From assembly GCA_009837085.1 (NCBI GenBank), contig VXUF01000077.1, positions 16,186-57,478 of the forward strand: a DNA stretch of 41,293 nt, read 5' to 3'. The stretch is from Holophagales bacterium (GTDB lineage Bacteria; Acidobacteriota; Thermoanaerobaculia; Multivoradales; Multivoraceae). The position numbers and the translations under genes are program-made. Below the pieces are notes generated by a model. That model searched no databases. It saw nothing but the letters and a program-made list of their open reading frames with translations, and was not told where the DNA came from. Below, piece after piece: positions 1-11,951 of this stretch; within the stretch, counting starts at the first letter, position 1; each line of letters begins with the position of its first letter.

Positions 1-456
1 TTCCGGACCCTGTCCAAGGCCTGGTCACTGGGCGGTATCCGCCTTGGCTACCTGCTCGCCGCGCCGGAACTCGTCGCCCAGTTGATCAAGGTCAAGCTGG
101 CCTACAACGTCGGCCACGCGGCGGCTGTCATCGGCGAGGTGGCGCTGGAACACGCCGACCGTTTCCCGCGCCGGGTCGCGGTCGTGCGGGCGCGGCGGGA
201 GCAGTGGACGGCGATGCTCCGGGAGTTCGGCTTCGAGGTCTTCGACTCGGAGGCGAACTTTCTGCTCGCTCGCCACCCCCGTTGCACCGAGATCCGCGAC
301 GGTCTGGCGGCGGGCGGAGTGCTGGTCCGGGACGTGAGCCGCTACCCGGGACTCGCCAACTGCATGCGGATCGGAATCGGCGCCGGGCCGGCCCTGCGTG
401 CGACCCGGCGTGCCCTGGACGGGATGTTGCCGCCAACTTCAGGAGGCAGGGCATGA
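1..456 (+). CDS. hisC: Histidinol-phosphate aminotransferase, 5'-truncated by the window edge
   Basis: Frame 1 from base 1 reads FRTLSKAWSLGGIRLGY (PLP-lysine motif), then SEANFLL and C-terminal MRIGIG. Its stop overlaps the hisB start (ATGA). Confidence 0.93.
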   Translation, partial: FRTLSKAWSLGGIRLGYLLAAPELVAQLIKVKLAYNVGHAAAVIGEVALEHADRFPRRVAVVRARREQWTAMLREFGFEVFDSEANFLLARHPRCTEIRDGLAAGGVLVRDVSRYPGLANCMRIGIGAGPALRATRRALDGMLPPTSGGRA

Positions 457-1052
457 GAACAGCGTCGCTTGACCGGAAGACGTCCGAAACCAGGATCCGC
501 GCCGACCTGTCGCTCGACGGAGGCGATCGCCGGATCGACACCCCGAACGGGTTCTTCAGTCACATGCTGGACGCGCTGACGCGCCACGGTGGCCTCGGAC
601 TCGACCTCGTGGCCCGCGGCGATGTCGAGATTGACCTCCACCACACGGTGGAGGACACCGGCATCGTACTCGGTGACGCGCTCCGGGAGGCGCTGGGCGA
701 CCGCGCCGGGGTGCGCCGCTTCGCGCACGCCTTCGCGCCGCTCGACGAGGCTTTGGCGCGCGCCGTGGTCGACCTTTCCGGCCGGGGCTCCTTCCACTTC
801 CGGTTGCCGCCGGATCTCGAGCAGGCCTGGGTCACGACCGAGTTCCCGCTCACCCTGGTCGGCGACTTCTTCGGCGCCCTGGCCGACCGCGGCCGGCTGA
901 CCCTGCACCTCGACGTGCTCTGCGGACGCAACCCCCACCACGTGGCCGAGGCCGCCTTCAAGGCGGTGGCTCTCGCCTTGCGTGACGCGGTGTCGCTCCG
1001 GACCGGAGCGGCTGCCGATGTGCCGAGCACCAAGGGGAGCCTTACCGCATGA
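453..1052 (+). CDS. hisB: Imidazoleglycerol-phosphate dehydratase
   Basis: RKTSETRI, GFFSHML, DLHHTVEDTGIVLG, LDEAL, NPHHVAEAAFKA and PSTKGSL motifs. ATG at 453 follows an AGGAGG RBS. Confidence 0.97.
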   Translation: MRTASLDRKTSETRIRADLSLDGGDRRIDTPNGFFSHMLDALTRHGGLGLDLVARGDVEIDLHHTVEDTGIVLGDALREALGDRAGVRRFAHAFAPLDEALARAVVDLSGRGSFHFRLPPDLEQAWVTTEFPLTLVGDFFGALADRGRLTLHLDVLCGRNPHHVAEAAFKAVALALRDAVSLRTGAAADVPSTKGSLTA

Positions 1053-1735
1053 CCGCCACGGAAGCGACTGTGATCGACGCCGGGGTCGGCAACATCGGCA
1101 ACCTGGTGCGGGCGCTCCGGCATCTGGGCGCCGAAGTCGAGATCACCTGCGACCCGGCGACGATTCGTGCCTCCCGCTGCCTGGTGCTGCCGGGGGTGGG
1201 TGCCTTCCGGCCGCCGCGGGAGATCCTGCGTGGCGCACCCGAGGAGGCCATCCGCGCCGCCCTGGACGATGGCGCGACAATGCTCGGCATCTGCATCGGC
1301 TACCAGCTCCTGTTCGACAGTAGCGAGGAATTCGGGACCACGGATGGCCTTGCCCTGCTCGCCGGCGGGGTCACCGAGCTGCCCGGGGGCGTACCGCTGC
1401 CCCACATCGGCTGGAACCGTGTCTTCGCGGTCAAGGACCATCCCTTGCTCGCCGGATCGACGAACGACGACCATTACTACTTCGTCCACTCCTTCGCACC
1501 CGAGAAGGTGCCGGAGGAGTGGGTCCTCGGCCGCTGCCGGCACGGTCGCAGCTTCCCGGCGATCACCGGTCGCGGCCGGATCGCCGGCACCCAGTTTCAT
1601 CCGGAGAAGAGCGGCGCCGCGGGCCTGCGTCTGCTGCGCAACTACCTGGCCTGGGCCGGCGATCTGGCCGGCGGCGTTGCTGGAGGAGCCCCGGAGGGCC
1701 ATGGAGGAACACATGCAACTGCTGCCGGCCATTGA
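1049..1735 (+). CDS. hisH: Imidazole glycerol phosphate synthase glutaminase subunit
   Basis: LPGVGAF, GICIGYQ, PHIGWN, YFVHSF and QFHPEKSG motifs. Confidence 0.96.
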   Translation: MTATEATVIDAGVGNIGNLVRALRHLGAEVEITCDPATIRASRCLVLPGVGAFRPPREILRGAPEEAIRAALDDGATMLGICIGYQLLFDSSEEFGTTDGLALLAGGVTELPGGVPLPHIGWNRVFAVKDHPLLAGSTNDDHYYFVHSFAPEKVPEEWVLGRCRHGRSFPAITGRGRIAGTQFHPEKSGAAGLRLLRNYLAWAGDLAGGVAGGAPEGHGGTHATAAGH

Positions 1736-2453
1736 TCTGCGGCGCGGCCAGGTCGTGCGTCTCATGCGCGGCGACGACCGGCGACGCACCGTCTACGATG
1801 CCGATCCGGGCAACGCGCTCCGCCGCTACCGCGAAGCGGGAGTTGGCCGCATCCACGTTGTTGACCTGGACGCGGCTTTCGGAGGCCCGCCGCAGCGCGA
1901 TGTCGTGCAGGACCTGGCGCGACGGGCAGAGGACTCCTTCAACGGCCGCGGCGGCATCCAGCTCGGTGGCGGCCTGCGCGACCGCGAGGCGGTCGAGTGG
2001 GCCTTCGGGGCAGGTTGCGAGCGCGCCGTGGTGACCTCGCTCATCGTGCGCGACTTCGACGTGTTCGCCGATCTCTGCCGCGAGTACCCGGCCCGTATGG
2101 TGGCGGCGCTCGACATCGACGGCGGGGAAGTCCGGCTCGCCGGCTGGACCGAGTCGGCCGACTGTTCACCGGCCGCGCTCTGCGCCCAGCTCGCCGATCT
2201 GCCCGTGGCCGCGGTCCTCGTCACCGACATCTCCCGCGACGGGATGATGCAGGGGCCGAACATCGATCTGGCGTGCCGGATCGGCGACCTGGCCTGCGCG
2301 CCGGCGATCCTCTCGGGCGGCGTGCGTTCGGCGGCCGATCTGGAAGCCGCGGCGCGGCGGCCCGAGATCCAGGCCGCGATCGTCGGTCGGGCGCTCTATG
2401 ACGGTTCACTCAGCCTGGACGACGCGATTGCCGCTTGCGGGAGCGCGCCATGA
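1713..2453 (+). CDS. hisA: ProFAR isomerase
   Basis: [40 protein letters not shown] and GRALY motifs. GGAGG RBS before the ATG at 1713. Confidence 0.95.
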   Translation: MQLLPAIDLRRGQVVRLMRGDDRRRTVYDADPGNALRRYREAGVGRIHVVDLDAAFGGPPQRDVVQDLARRAEDSFNGRGGIQLGGGLRDREAVEWAFGAGCERAVVTSLIVRDFDVFADLCREYPARMVAALDIDGGEVRLAGWTESADCSPAALCAQLADLPVAAVLVTDISRDGMMQGPNIDLACRIGDLACAPAILSGGVRSAADLEAAARRPEIQAAIVGRALYDGSLSLDDAIAACGSAP

Positions 2454-3259
2454 GAGCGACGATCGAACCGACCGGCCTGACGCGCCGGATCATCCCCTGT
2501 CTGGATGTTGCGGCCGGCCGGGTGGTCAAGGGAGTCCAGTTCAGGAACCTGACCGATCAGGGCGACCCGACCGAGGCCGCGGCCCGCTACGCGGCGGAGG
2601 GCGCTGACGAGATCGTCTTCCTCGATATCACCGCGGCGCCCGAACGCCGCGATACGGACCTCGACTGGGTGCGACGGACCGCCGAGCAGGTGTTCATTCC
2701 GCTGAGCGTCGGCGGCGGCGTGCGCAGCGTCGACGATGGCCGCAAGTTGCTCCTCGCCGGCGCGGACAAGTTGGGGATCAACACCGCCGCGGTGGCCGAG
2801 CCGGAGCTGCTCACCCGCCTTGCCGAGCGCTTCGGCAGCCAGTGCGTCGTCCTGTCGGTCGACGCGAAGCGGCGGGAGGCGGCCGGCGCGGAGGACCAGA
2901 GCTGGGAGGTCGTCACCCACGGCGGCCGCACCCCGACCGGACTCGACGCCTTGGAGTGGATCGAGGAAGGGATCGAACGCGGCGCCGGGGAGATCCTGCT
3001 GACCAGCATCGACAGCGACGGTACGCAGGCGGGCTACGACCTGGAGTTGCTGCGGCGAGCGTCGGCGTTGTCGCCCGTGCCGGTGATCGCCTCGGGCGGC
3101 GCCGGCACCCTGGAGCATCTCGCCGACGCCCTGGATACAGGCGCCGCGGCGGTTCTCGCCGCGTCCATCTTCCACCAGGAGACCTACTCGGTGGGCACGG
3201 TCAAGGAGTACCTCGGCCGGCGCTACCCGATCCGCATTCAGACAGGAGCAAGCAGGTGA
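2450..3259 (+). CDS. hisF: Imidazole glycerol phosphate synthase cyclase subunit
   Basis: [49 protein letters not shown] and LAASIFH motifs. Confidence 0.98.
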   Translation: MRATIEPTGLTRRIIPCLDVAAGRVVKGVQFRNLTDQGDPTEAAARYAAEGADEIVFLDITAAPERRDTDLDWVRRTAEQVFIPLSVGGGVRSVDDGRKLLLAGADKLGINTAAVAEPELLTRLAERFGSQCVVLSVDAKRREAAGAEDQSWEVVTHGGRTPTGLDALEWIEEGIERGAGEILLTSIDSDGTQAGYDLELLRRASALSPVPVIASGGAGTLEHLADALDTGAAAVLAASIFHQETYSVGTVKEYLGRRYPIRIQTGASR

Positions 3260-3909
3260 CGAAGACAACGATCGACCCCGCCGCGCTCACCTACGACGAC
3301 CGGGGCCTGCTGCCCGTCGTCGTCCAGGACGTGCTCTCGGGCGCGGTGCTCATGCTCGCTTTCGCGGACCGCGAGGCGGTCGAGAAGACGCTCGAGACCG
3401 GTCAGGCCCACTTCTACAGCCGCTCCCGCCAGGAGCTCTGGCGCAAGGGCGCCACCTCCGGCAACACCCTGGCGGTGGTCGAGGTTCTTCAGGACTGTGA
3501 CCGGGACGCTCTGCTGGTGCGGGCGCTGCCGGCCGGGCCCGCCTGCCACCTCTACACGCGGAGCTGCTTCGAACCGAACGTGGCCGAGTTCGAGCTCGGC
3601 TGGCTGCGGCGGGTGCTCGCCGAGCGGGCCTCCGCCTCGTCCGGGGAGAGCTACACCGCCCGCCTGCTCGAACAGGGCGTGGACCGGATCGCCCGCAAGG
3701 TGGCGGAGGAGGCGGGAGAGACCGTGATCGCCGGGGTCCGCGCGGACGCCGAACCGGAGTCCGCCGAGCGCCGCGGCGACCTCGCCGCCGAAGTCGCCGA
3801 CCTCGCTTACCACCTGCTGGTTCTGCTGCAGGCGACCGGCGTGGAGCTCGCGGACGTGGCCGCCGAACTCGGTCGCCGCCACCAGGAAGCCGAGAGAGGT
3901 CCGTCATGA
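3256..3909 (+). CDS. hisIE: Bifunctional phosphoribosyl-AMP cyclohydrolase / phosphoribosyl-ATP pyrophosphatase
   Basis: [30 protein letters not shown], then [14 protein letters not shown] and [11 protein letters not shown] start overlaps the hisF stop. Confidence 0.95.
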   Translation: MTKTTIDPAALTYDDRGLLPVVVQDVLSGAVLMLAFADREAVEKTLETGQAHFYSRSRQELWRKGATSGNTLAVVEVLQDCDRDALLVRALPAGPACHLYTRSCFEPNVAEFELGWLRRVLAERASASSGESYTARLLEQGVDRIARKVAEEAGETVIAGVRADAEPESAERRGDLAAEVADLAYHLLVLLQATGVELADVAAELGRRHQEAERGPS

Positions 3910-5395
3910 GCCGGCCCGCGGCGGCCATTGCCCACACCCGGGAGTTCCTGGCCGACACCTCGACTCCGCTCGGCGTCTACCGCAAACTGGCGGCGCATGA
4001 GGACGGCGACGCCTCCGCCCGGCGATTCCTGCTAGAGAGCATCACCGGTGGCGAGCACGTCTCGCGCTACAGCTTCCTCGGCGCCAGTCCGTCCCAGGTC
4101 TGCCGGGTGTACCTGGACCGGCTCGAGACCGAGGATCTCCGGAACGGCGGCGGCGTCCAGGTCCGGACGGGGGACCCGTTGCCCCGGCTCAGGAGACTGC
4201 TCGACGGCGTGAACGCCGATCCCGCGCCGCCGCTGCCGTTCGCCGGCGGCTGGATCGGCGCCTTCGGGTTCGACGCGATCCGGCTGGCGGAGCCGTGCCT
4301 CGTCGACCACGCGGCCGGCCGTCCGCCCGATCCCTTCGGCCTGCCCGTCGCCATCCTCGCCCGCTACGACGACATCCTCGTGTTCGACCACGCCCGCCAG
4401 CGGATCGTCGCGGTGGCCAACGAGATCGAGGGCGAGAACACGGCCGCCGACGCGAGAACCCGGCTCGACGGGCTGCAGGCGGTGCTCGAGAGCCGGGGCG
4501 AGGCGATCGCGGCGCGGGTCGAAGACAGGGGAGTCAAGGCGGAGACCGCTGACCCCACCCTGAGCGACGAGGAGCACGGCCGAGCGGTCAACGCGGCCAA
4601 GGAGTACATCGCCGCCGGCGACATCTTTCAGGTCGTGCTCGCCCGGCGCTGGGCGATCGACCTCGACGTGCCTCCGACGACCGTCTACCGGGCCCTGCGG
4701 CTGGTCAATCCCTCGCCGTACATGGTGCTGTTCGAATCGCCCGAAGTGTCCCTCATCGGCGCCTCGCCCGAGATGCTGGTCAGGCGGACGGGTCGGCGGC
4801 TGGAGGTGAGGCCGATCGCCGGCACCCGGCCGCGCGGTCGAACCCCGGCCGAAGACCGGGCTCTGGCCGAAGAGTTGATGGCGGACCCGAAGGAGCGCGC
4901 GGAGCACGTGATGCTGGTCGACCTGGGGCGCAATGACCTCGGCCGCGTTGCGAAGCCGGGCGGCGTCTCGGTCGAGGAGTTCATGGTGATCGAGCACTAC
5001 AGCGACGTGATGCACATCGTCAGTTCGGTCGAGGCGGAGCAGTCGGACGGGGCGGGCAGCGGCGCCGGCTCGGCGCTGGACGCCCTGCTCGCGTGCTTTC
5101 CGGCCGGCACGCTGTCCGGGGCACCGAAGATCCGCGCGGTCGAGATCATCGACGAGCTGGAGCCGGAGGCGCGAGGTATGTACGGCGGCTCGGTGGGCTA
5201 CTTCTCGTTCGGCGGCGACATGGACGCCTGCATCACGATCCGTACCCTGGCGGTCGTCAACGGAGAAGCGTCGATCACGGCCGGGGGCGGCATCGTCGCC
5301 GACTCGGATCCGGTACGCGAGGCGCAGGAGACGCGCGACAAGGCGGCTGCGTTGCTGCGGGCGGTGGCTCTGGCGCGCGAACTGGAGGGTCGGGC

Positions 5396-5399
<4 letters not shown>
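3906..5399 (+). CDS. trpE: Anthranilate synthase component I
   Basis: FLLES, AGDIFQVVL, NPSPYM, GASPE, PIAGTRPRG, KERAEHVMLVDLGRND, FPAGTLSGAPKIRA, CITIRT and GGGIVADS motifs. Confidence 0.96.
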
Positions 5400-7008
<1,609 letters not shown>

Positions 7009-7012
7009 GGCT

Positions 7013-7849
7013 GTGTCTGAGGTCCCGGACATCCTGCGCCGCATCTGCGAGCAGCGGCGCCGGCGCGTGGCCGCCGGGGACGCGGGCGTGTCGCCGGCAC
7101 GGCGCCTGCCCGTCGGGGCGGCGGGCCGCCGCTTTCTCGACGCGATCTCCGCCAGGCGCGGCTCGGCCGTGATCGCCGAGATCAAGATGGGTTCACCGAA
7201 GCTTGGCGATCTGCGCGGCCGTTTCGATCCGGTCGCCCGGGCCGTGACCTACGCGGATGCCGGAGCGGCCTGCCTGTCCGTCGTCGTTGAGCCGGATCAC
7301 TTTCATGGTGGCTACGACCTGCTGGCCGAGTGCGCGGCCGCTTCCGGTCTACCCGCGGTTGCGAAGGATTTCGTCGTCTCCGACGTCCAGCTTGCGTGGG
7401 CGCGTGACGCCGGCGCCTGTGCGGTGCTACTGATCGCGGCTCTCTACGACGCGGCGGAGCTGCGCCGTCTGGCCGGTGTCGCCCGCGGTCTCGGGCTCGT
7501 GCCGCTGGTCGAGACCCACGAGGACGCGGACTTCGGGAAGCTCCGTCCGCTGGCGCACGACGATGGTCAGGGGAAGAACGCCGACTGGGAGCTGGTCGGG
7601 ATCAACAATCGCGACCTGCGCAACTTCACCGTCGACCTGGAACGCAGCGTCGACCGTGTCTGCCGCCTGCCGACCTCCGGCCTCAAGGTCGCCGAGTCGG
7701 GCATCCGCAGTGGCGCCGACGTGGAGAAGTTGCGCCGGGCCGGTTTCGACGCGTTCCTCATCGGCGAGCGGCTCGTGCTTGCCGGCGACCCGGCCGTGGC
7801 GCTGACGGAGCTACTGGGTGCACCAGCGCCGCAGAAGGTGACCCAATGA
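7013..7849 (+). CDS. trpC: Indole-3-glycerol phosphate synthase
   Basis: IAEIKMGSP, CLSVV, KDFV, GINNRDL, VAESGI and FLIGE motifs. GTG start inferred at 7013. Confidence 0.93.
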   Translation: MSEVPDILRRICEQRRRRVAAGDAGVSPARRLPVGAAGRRFLDAISARRGSAVIAEIKMGSPKLGDLRGRFDPVARAVTYADAGAACLSVVVEPDHFHGGYDLLAECAAASGLPAVAKDFVVSDVQLAWARDAGACAVLLIAALYDAAELRRLAGVARGLGLVPLVETHEDADFGKLRPLAHDDGQGKNADWELVGINNRDLRNFTVDLERSVDRVCRLPTSGLKVAESGIRSGADVEKLRRAGFDAFLIGERLVLAGDPAVALTELLGAPAPQKVTQ

Positions 7850-8487
7850 AGGTCAAGATCTGCGGCGTCACGACGCCGGCCGACGCCCGTCTCGCCGTTG
7901 ACCTGGGCGCCGATTTCATCGGCCTCAACTTCTACCGTCCGAGTCCGCGCTGGATCGACGTCGACGAGGCGGCCCACATCCGGCGCCGCGTCGGGGACCG
8001 GGCCCGGACCGTCGGCATCTTCGTCGACCCCACGCGCGAAGAACTCGAGACGATCGACCGCAAGGTCGGTCTCGACTACATCCAGTTCAGCGGCGACGAG
8101 AACCCGGGACTGGTCGCCGCGTTCAGCGACCGCGCCATCCGTGTACGCCGCCTCGGCGGTAGCGCGGCCCCGGCCGCGATCCCCGAGGAGGACTGCTGGG
8201 CCATCCTGATCGACCGCGCCCACGAGCGCCTCTACGGCGGCTCCGGCGAGAGCTGGGACTACGCTGCCGCGGCCGACCTCGTCCGGACGCCGGCGGGCGA
8301 CGGCGAGCCGCGCCGCCTGTTCATCGCCGGTGGCGTGCGCCCCGGCAACGTCGCCGAAGTGGCGGCGGCGGTGCCGGGCGCCTATGCCGTCGACACCTGT
8401 TCGGGGGTCGAGTCGGCGCCCGGCCGGAAGGACCGCGGCAAGCTGGAGCGACTATTCGCCAACCTCAGAGCGGGAGCAGCACGATGA
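7846..8487 (+). CDS. trpF: Phosphoribosylanthranilate isomerase
   Basis: VKICGVT, GLNFY.PSPR, YGGSG, IAGGV and [14 protein letters not shown] motifs. Confidence 0.95.
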   Translation: MKVKICGVTTPADARLAVDLGADFIGLNFYRPSPRWIDVDEAAHIRRRVGDRARTVGIFVDPTREELETIDRKVGLDYIQFSGDENPGLVAAFSDRAIRVRRLGGSAAPAAIPEEDCWAILIDRAHERLYGGSGESWDYAAAADLVRTPAGDGEPRRLFIAGGVRPGNVAEVAAAVPGAYAVDTCSGVESAPGRKDRGKLERLFANLRAGAAR

Positions 8488-9728
8488 AGGTAAGGGAACC
8501 CCTCTCCGCCGCGGCCATGGAGCCGGACGAGGGCGGACGCTACGGCATCTATGGCGGGCGCTACGCCCCGGAGACGCTGATGGCCCCGCTCGAGGAGTTG
8601 AGCCGCGCCTACGACAGGCTGCGGCGGAAGCGCACCTTCCAGCGCCGGCTGAACCACCTGCTGGAGCACTACGTCGGACGCCCGACGCCGCTCTACTTCG
8701 CGGAGCGGCTGACGGAGCAGTTGGGTGGGGCGCGCATCTACCTGAAGCGCGAGGACCTGCTTCACACCGGCGCGCACAAGATCAACAACGCGCTGGGCCA
8801 GGTCCTGCTGGCGAAGGAGATGGGCAAGACGCGGATCATCGCCGAGACCGGCGCCGGTCAGCACGGAGTCGCCACCGCCACGGCTGCGGCGCTCCTCGGC
8901 CTCGATTGCGTCGTCTACATGGGCGAGGAGGACATGCGGCGCCAGCGCCTGAACGTGTACCGGATGCAGCTCCTGGGCGCCGAGGTCGCGCCGGTCGACG
9001 CCGGCAGTCAGACCCTCAAGGACGCGATCAACGAGGCGTTCCGCGACTGGGTGGCGAGCTTCGCCGACACCCACTACGTGCTCGGCACGGTGACCGGGCC
9101 GGAGCCGTATCCGCGCATGGTCCGCCAGTTCCACAACGTGATCGGAGCCGAGGCGCGTCGGCAGTTGCGGCGCCTCGCCGGTACGCCGGACCCCGCCGTG
9201 GCGGTTGCCTGCGGCGGCGGCGGCAGGAACGCGTTGGGCCTGTTCTCGGCTTTCCTCGACCGTCCGGACGTGCTGCTCGGCGGCGTCGAAGCCGGGGGCC
9301 GGGGCCCCGGGCTGGGCGATCACGCGGCCCGGTTCTCGGGGGGCACGCTCGGCGTGCTTCACGGCGCGCGGACGCTGGTGCTTCAGGACGAGGAGGGCCA
9401 GGTCGTCGGCACCCATTCCGTGTCGGCGGGCCTCGACTACCCGGCGGTCGGCCCCGAGCACGTGTTCCTGCATGAGCAGGGACAGATCGAGTTCACGTCC
9501 GCGACCGACCAGGAGGCGATCGAGGGGTTCCACCTCCTGTCGGCGACGGAAGGCATTCTGCCGGCGCTCGAGTCGGCCCACGCGATCGCCGAGGTGACGC
9601 GCCGGGCGCCCGAAATGAAGCCTGACCAGGTCATCCTCGTCAACCTCTCCGGTCGCGGTGACAAGGACGTGGAGTCGGTACTCGAGTACGACGCGGCCTC
9701 TGGAACGCGAAGCGGAGGCGCCGAATGA
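8484..9728 (+). CDS. trpB: Tryptophan synthase beta chain
   Basis: [40 protein letters not shown] and NLSGRGDKD motifs. The GGGSN motif is aberrant (see findings). Confidence 0.97.
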   Translation: MKVREPLSAAAMEPDEGGRYGIYGGRYAPETLMAPLEELSRAYDRLRRKRTFQRRLNHLLEHYVGRPTPLYFAERLTEQLGGARIYLKREDLLHTGAHKINNALGQVLLAKEMGKTRIIAETGAGQHGVATATAAALLGLDCVVYMGEEDMRRQRLNVYRMQLLGAEVAPVDAGSQTLKDAINEAFRDWVASFADTHYVLGTVTGPEPYPRMVRQFHNVIGAEARRQLRRLAGTPDPAVAVACGGGGRNALGLFSAFLDRPDVLLGGVEAGGRGPGLGDHAARFSGGTLGVLHGARTLVLQDEEGQVVGTHSVSAGLDYPAVGPEHVFLHEQGQIEFTSATDQEAIEGFHLLSATEGILPALESAHAIAEVTRRAPEMKPDQVILVNLSGRGDKDVESVLEYDAASGTRSGGAE

Positions 9729-10552
9729 GCTCCCGACGCAAGCGCCGCTCCCGTAGCGCCATCGCCGCCGCGTTCTCGCGCTGCTCCAAACGGAAACGCT
9801 CCGCCTTCGTCCCGTTTCTCGTCGCCGGCGATCCGTCGCTCGAGGCCACGCCCGATCTGCTGCGCGCCCTGGTCGCGGGTGGCGCCGATGTGATCGAACT
9901 CGGCGTCGCCTTCAGCGACCCGATCGCCGACGGCCCAACGATCCAGCGCGGCTCGCACCGCGCGCTTGCCGCGGGCTCCTTGCTCAGCGCCGTGCTCGGC
10001 ATCGTCGAGCGGCACCGCGAGGAGCTTGGTGTCCCGATCGTCCTCTTCACGTACTACAACCCGGTTCACGCCCGCGGCGTGGAGACCTTCGCCGCGCAGG
10101 CCGCCGGCAGCGGCGTCGACGGCGTCCTCTGCGTCGACCTGCCACCCGACGAGGGCCTGCGCGAACTGCAGCCGGCGCTCGAGGAACGGGGCGTCGACTC
10201 GATCTACCTGATCGCCGCCACCAGCACCCGGGAGCGGATCGACCGCGCCGCTGCCGCCTCGAACGGCTTCGTCTACTACACCGCCCGCTCGGACGTGACC
10301 GGCGAGCGGGAGGACCTGATCCCTACTCTGGCCCGCGAAGTCAAGCGGGTTCGCAGGCGGGTTCGCCTGCCGGTCGCCGTCGGCTTCGGTATCTCGACTC
10401 CGCGGCAGGTCGAGGAAGTGGCCAAGGTCGCCCACGGCGTCGTCGTCGGCAGCGCCCTCATCCGCCTGGTCGAGGAGAACGCCGGCGAGCCGGACCTGGC
10501 GGCGCGCCTTGAACGCCGCGTCGGCGAGCTGACCGCACCGCTTCGCGGCTGA
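9725..10552 (+). CDS. trpA: Tryptophan synthase alpha chain
   Basis: [35 protein letters not shown] and VVVGSA motifs. Confidence 0.97.
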   Translation: MSSRRKRRSRSAIAAAFSRCSKRKRSAFVPFLVAGDPSLEATPDLLRALVAGGADVIELGVAFSDPIADGPTIQRGSHRALAAGSLLSAVLGIVERHREELGVPIVLFTYYNPVHARGVETFAAQAAGSGVDGVLCVDLPPDEGLRELQPALEERGVDSIYLIAATSTRERIDRAAAASNGFVYYTARSDVTGEREDLIPTLAREVKRVRRRVRLPVAVGFGISTPRQVEEVAKVAHGVVVGSALIRLVEENAGEPDLAARLERRVGELTAPLRG

Positions 10553-10585
10553 CGTCCCGCTACCGGCAAGTGGCCCGGCAGTACC

Positions 10586-10617
10586 CGGATCTGGCCGGTT
10601 TCGCGCGGATCTGGCCG
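10586..10617 (+). repeat. Tandem 12-bp direct repeat CGGATCTGGCCG (period 20), candidate regulator binding site
   Basis: Exact copies at 10586-10597 and 10606-10617, plus a partial TGGCC copy at 10571-10575. Intergenic, after trpA. Confidence 0.6.
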
Positions 10618-10688
10618 AATCCTGCTAAGTGATGGCCGGTCCTTCCGCGGTTTCCTCTCTAGAGTGGTTAGTGGAGAGGAGGTGCGGA

Positions 10689-10859
10689 ATGTACCGTTAC
10701 TCACGATCCCTGGATGCCGCGCAGATGCGGCGTGACCTGCGCCGGGCCGATCGTTTCGGCTTCCTCGTGCGCTTCTGGTCGCGGTGGGGCGATCCGCTGC
10801 TCGCCGGCGCGCTGCTGGCCTTGATGGCGTGGGCGATCGTGCACGGCTACACACGCTGA
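10689..10859 (+). CDS. Small (56 aa) single-pass membrane protein
   Basis: AGGAGGT Shine-Dalgarno at 10677-10683 before the ATG at 10689. C-terminal hydrophobic helix LLAGALLALMAWAIV. Confidence 0.6.
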   Translation: MYRYSRSLDAAQMRRDLRRADRFGFLVRFWSRWGDPLLAGALLALMAWAIVHGYTR

Positions 10860-10898
10860 GCCGAAGTCGAAGGATGCGGGCTAACATGCCGCGCATTC

Positions 10899-11948
10899 GT
10901 GGTCGGGCAATCGTTTCCCTGGAACGCCAGGCCCACCTGGCTGTGCTGGTCGGGCGGAAAGGACTCGGCTTGGGCTCTCCGGGAGCTTCGAGCCGATCCG
11001 GCCTTCGAGGTCCGGGGGCTGATCAGCCTCGTGAACGAGAAGAACGGCCGGGTGATTCTCCACGGCGTGCGCCATAGCCTGCTCCAGCGGCAGGCGGAGG
11101 CGGTCGGGTTGCCGCTACGGTTCATTCCTCTCGACTGGACGTCGTCTAGAGGCGAACGAAATGCCGCTTTGGCTCGGGGATTCGGAGAAGTGCGGGCGGA
11201 CGGGGCGGCTTGTGTCGCCTTTGGCGATCTGTTCTCGGTGGAGGGCCGTGACCGGCGTCTTCTCGTGACCGCCGACACGGGTCTCGAGGTCGTCTTTCCG
11301 CTCTGGAACCGGGATACCCGCACGCACTCGGCCGAGATGCAGGATGCTGGTCTTTCGGCCTGGGTGTGCTCCGTCGATACCGGGTTCCTGCCGGCGAATC
11401 TCGCGGGGCGCCGGTTCGATTCGGACTTCGTGGCCGGATTACCCGAAGGCGTCGACCCTTGCGGCGGGAACGACGAGTTCCACACGTTCGTGGAGTGGGC
11501 GCCCGGCTGGGAGAGCCGTGTGTGGGTCGAGCCGACTCGCACGCTCGAGGTCTACGACTTCGCGTTTGCGGAGATCGAAGTAGCGGATGGCTCGGCGCCG
11601 CCAGGGATCGATCCGTTCAGTCACTTCGCGAGATTGGACCGCGTGCGGCGCCACGTCGACCGCCACATTGCCGAGGATCTGAACGTCGACGCGGTCGCCA
11701 GAGTCGCCGCGATGTCGCGTACGGGATTCTCCCGCTACTTCCGGGAGCATGTCGGGATGACGTTCGCGGTTTGGCTGGCGCACCGCCGGATCGAACGCGC
11801 GTGCCGGCTCCTGCGCGAGAGCAACGATGCGGTGAGCCGGGTCGCCGAAACGGTCGGTTTCCACAGCGAGAGGACGTTTCGGCGGGCCTTCCACGAACAG
11901 ATGGCCTGCAGCCCTTCCGAGTACAGGAGGAAAGCGCTTGAGGAGTAG
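10899..11948 (+). CDS. Fusion of a diphthamide-synthase-like (Dph6/MJ0570, PP-loop) domain and a C-terminal AraC-type HTH
   Basis: N-terminal WSGGKDS PP-loop, FGDLF, FPLW, GRRFD and DPCG..EFHTFV. C-terminal ~100 aa AraC signature (VARVAAMSRTGFSRYFREHVG...VAETVGFHSERTFRRAF...SPSEYR). Confidence 0.85.
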   Translation: MVGQSFPWNARPTWLCWSGGKDSAWALRELRADPAFEVRGLISLVNEKNGRVILHGVRHSLLQRQAEAVGLPLRFIPLDWTSSRGERNAALARGFGEVRADGAACVAFGDLFSVEGRDRRLLVTADTGLEVVFPLWNRDTRTHSAEMQDAGLSAWVCSVDTGFLPANLAGRRFDSDFVAGLPEGVDPCGGNDEFHTFVEWAPGWESRVWVEPTRTLEVYDFAFAEIEVADGSAPPGIDPFSHFARLDRVRRHVDRHIAEDLNVDAVARVAAMSRTGFSRYFREHVGMTFAVWLAHRRIERACRLLRESNDAVSRVAETVGFHSERTFRRAFHEQMACSPSEYRRKALEE

Positions 11949-11951
11949 GCT

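Noticed and set aside
10591-10626. Sigma54 promoter in the TGGC-containing repeats
   Set aside because: GG-to-GC spacing and the -12 TTGC element do not fit the -24/-12 consensus.
10689-10859. Small Trp-containing ORF as a trp attenuator leader peptide
   Set aside because: It lies downstream of trpA, its Trp codons are not tandem, and it encodes a TM helix.
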